From NCBI GenBank assembly GCA_030390025.1, contig CM059431.1, positions 143,532,001 to 143,596,000 on the forward strand: a DNA stretch of 64,000 nucleotides. Direction: 5' to 3'. The notes beneath the pieces are model-generated. The model did not search any database. It worked only from the letters and a program-made list of their open reading frames with translations, and was not told where the DNA came from. Of this stretch, positions 61,973 to 64,000 are shown piece after piece. Within the stretch, counting starts at the first letter, position 1. Every line of letters begins with the position of its first letter. Source of the DNA: Squalus acanthias (lineage: Eukaryota). The position numbers and the translations under genes were made by a program.

Positions 61973-64000
61973 AGAGTAGAAATAGGAGGATATTTCCAAT
62001 GAATGCGTGGCTAGAGGAATGGTGCAAGGGGGAGGGATTCAAATTCCTTGGACATTGGAACCGGTTCTGGGGGAGGTGGTACCAGTACAAACGGGACGGT
62101 CTGCACCTGGGCAGGGCCGGGACCGATGTCCTAGGGGGAGTGTTTGCTAGTGCTGTTGGGGAGGGTTTAAACTAATGTGGCAGGGGGTTGGGAACCTGAG
62201 CAGGGAGACAGAGGATAGGGAAACAAGGATACAAACTAAAGACAGGAAGGAGAAAAACAAAAGTAGAAGGCAAAGAATTCAACGGTTTAAATCAAACATG
62301 GTCACAGTAAATAATAATTCATATAGGTCTGAGAGCGTTAAAAAAACAAGCCTGAAGGCTTTGTGTCTTAATGCAAGGAGCATTCGGAACAAGGTGGATG
62401 AATTAGCCGTGCAAATAGAGGTAAATGAATACGATTTGATTGGGATTACAGAAGCATGGCTCCAGGGTGGCCAGCCTGGTAACTCAACATCCAGGGTAAT
62501 TCAATATTTAGGAAAGATAGGCAAAAAAGAAAGGGAGGTGGGGTAGCATTGCTGGTTAAAGAGGGGATTAACACAATTGAAAGGAAGGATATTAGCTCTG
62601 ATGATGCGGAATCTGTATGTGTAGAACTGAGAAGTAACAAGGGGCAGAAAACGTTAGTGGGAGTGGTATATAGACCTCCAAACAGTAATACGGAGATTGG
62701 GGACGGCATTAAAAGGGAAATTAGAGACGCATGCAGTAAGGGCACAGCAGTCATCATGGGTGACTTTAATTTACATATAGATTGGGCTAACCAAATTAGT
62801 AAAAATACTGTGGAGGAGGAATTCCTAGAATGTTTACGAGATGGTTTTCTGGAACAATATGTCGAGGAACCAACCAGAGATCAGGCCATCTTAGACTGGG
62901 TATTATGTAACGAGAAAGGATTAATTAGCAATCTTGTTGTACGAGGCCCCTTGGGTCAGAGTGATCATAATATGATAGAATTCTTCATTAGGATGGAGAG
63001 TGAAGTAGTTGAATCAGAGACTAGGGTCCTAAATTTAAATAAAGGAAACTATGATGGTATGAGGCGTGAATTGGGTAGGATTCATTGGGGAATGTCACTC
63101 AAGGGGTTGACGGTGTATAGGCAATGGCAAACATTGAAAGACTGCATGGATGAACTACAGAATTTGTTCATCCCAGTGTGGCATAAGAATAAAACAAAAA
63201 GGGTGACTCAACCGTGGCTAACAAGGGAAATTAGGGATAGCATAAGAACCAAGGAGAGGGCATATAAATTGGCCAGAAAAAGCGGTAGCCCTGAGGATTG
63301 GGAGCCGTTTAGGATTGAACAAAGGAGGACAAGGGGATTAATGAAGAAGGGGAAAATAGAATATGAAAGTAAGCTTGCTGGGAACATAAAAACTGACTGT
63401 AAGAGCATTTATAGATATGTGAAGAGAAAAAGATTAGTGAAATCAAGTGTAGGTCCCTTGCAGTCAGAAGCGGGGGAAGTTATAATGGGGAACAAAGAAA
63501 TGGCAGCCCAATTAAATGCATATTTTGGGTCGTCTTCACAAAGGAGGACACAAATAACCTCCCAGAGATGTTGGAGAACATACGGTCTGATGAAAGGGAG
63601 GAACTGAAAGAAATCAGTATTTGCAGGGAAAGGGTGTTAGGGAAATTGACGGTATTGAAGGCCGATTAATCCCCAGGGCCTGATAATCTACATCCTAGGG
63701 TACTTAAGGAAGTAGCCCTAGAAATAGTAGATGCATTGCTGATCATCTTCCAACATTCGATGGAATCTGGAACAGTACCCATGGATTGGAGGGTAGCTAA
63801 TGTTACCCCACTATTCAAAAAGGGTGGTAGAGAGAAAGCGGGGAATTACAGACCGGTAAGCCTGACATCGGTAGTGGGGAAAATGCTAGAGTCCATTATA
63901 AAGGATGTAATAGCTGAGCACTTGAGAAACAGTGACAGGATCGGACAAAGTCAACATGGATTTACAAAAGGTAAATCGTGCTTGACTAATCTACTGGAAT
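61973..64000 (+). mobile_element. CR1 LINE: ORF1 C-terminus (SGNH esterase-like) and ORF2 (APE endonuclease, start of RT), runs off the window
   Basis: ORF1 ..MNAWLEEWC..RDGLHL..GEGLN* ends at 62175. ORF2 has LNARSIRNK, IGITEAWL, VYRPP, MGDFN and SDHN, with frameshifts near 62475 and 63530. Confidence 0.93.

Overview
Repeat-rich vertebrate genomic DNA, most likely from a cartilaginous fish (inferred from a DeuSINE/SacSINE1-like element, the CR1 families, the NLR exon structure and GPR139-like genes). Host genes: a spliced NLR gene with death-fold, NACHT and LRR exons (2846-10307, +); two tandemly duplicated GPR139-like GPCRs (-), one frameshifted and one with an intact main exon; a core-2/I-branching GlcNAc-transferase (GCNT-like) pseudogene cut by a LINE; and two decayed tRNA genes. 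The standout is a 6.8-kb LTR provirus at 15225-22028. It has ~1.02-kb LTRs, a perfect tRNA-Leu PBS and a PPT, a short two-knuckle gag, and an amber stop in frame with a protease fused directly to an integrase C-terminal domain, with no RT, RNase H or integrase core. Its ~680-codon env is laid out like a paramyxovirus/baculovirus F protein rather than a gamma-type SU/TM. The window also holds a Penelope-like insertion with hammerhead ribozyme cores, Harbinger nuclease and Myb/SANT remnants, many nested CR1/L2 LINEs and about ten minisatellites. All calls were made by eye without searches, and repeat boundaries are approximate.
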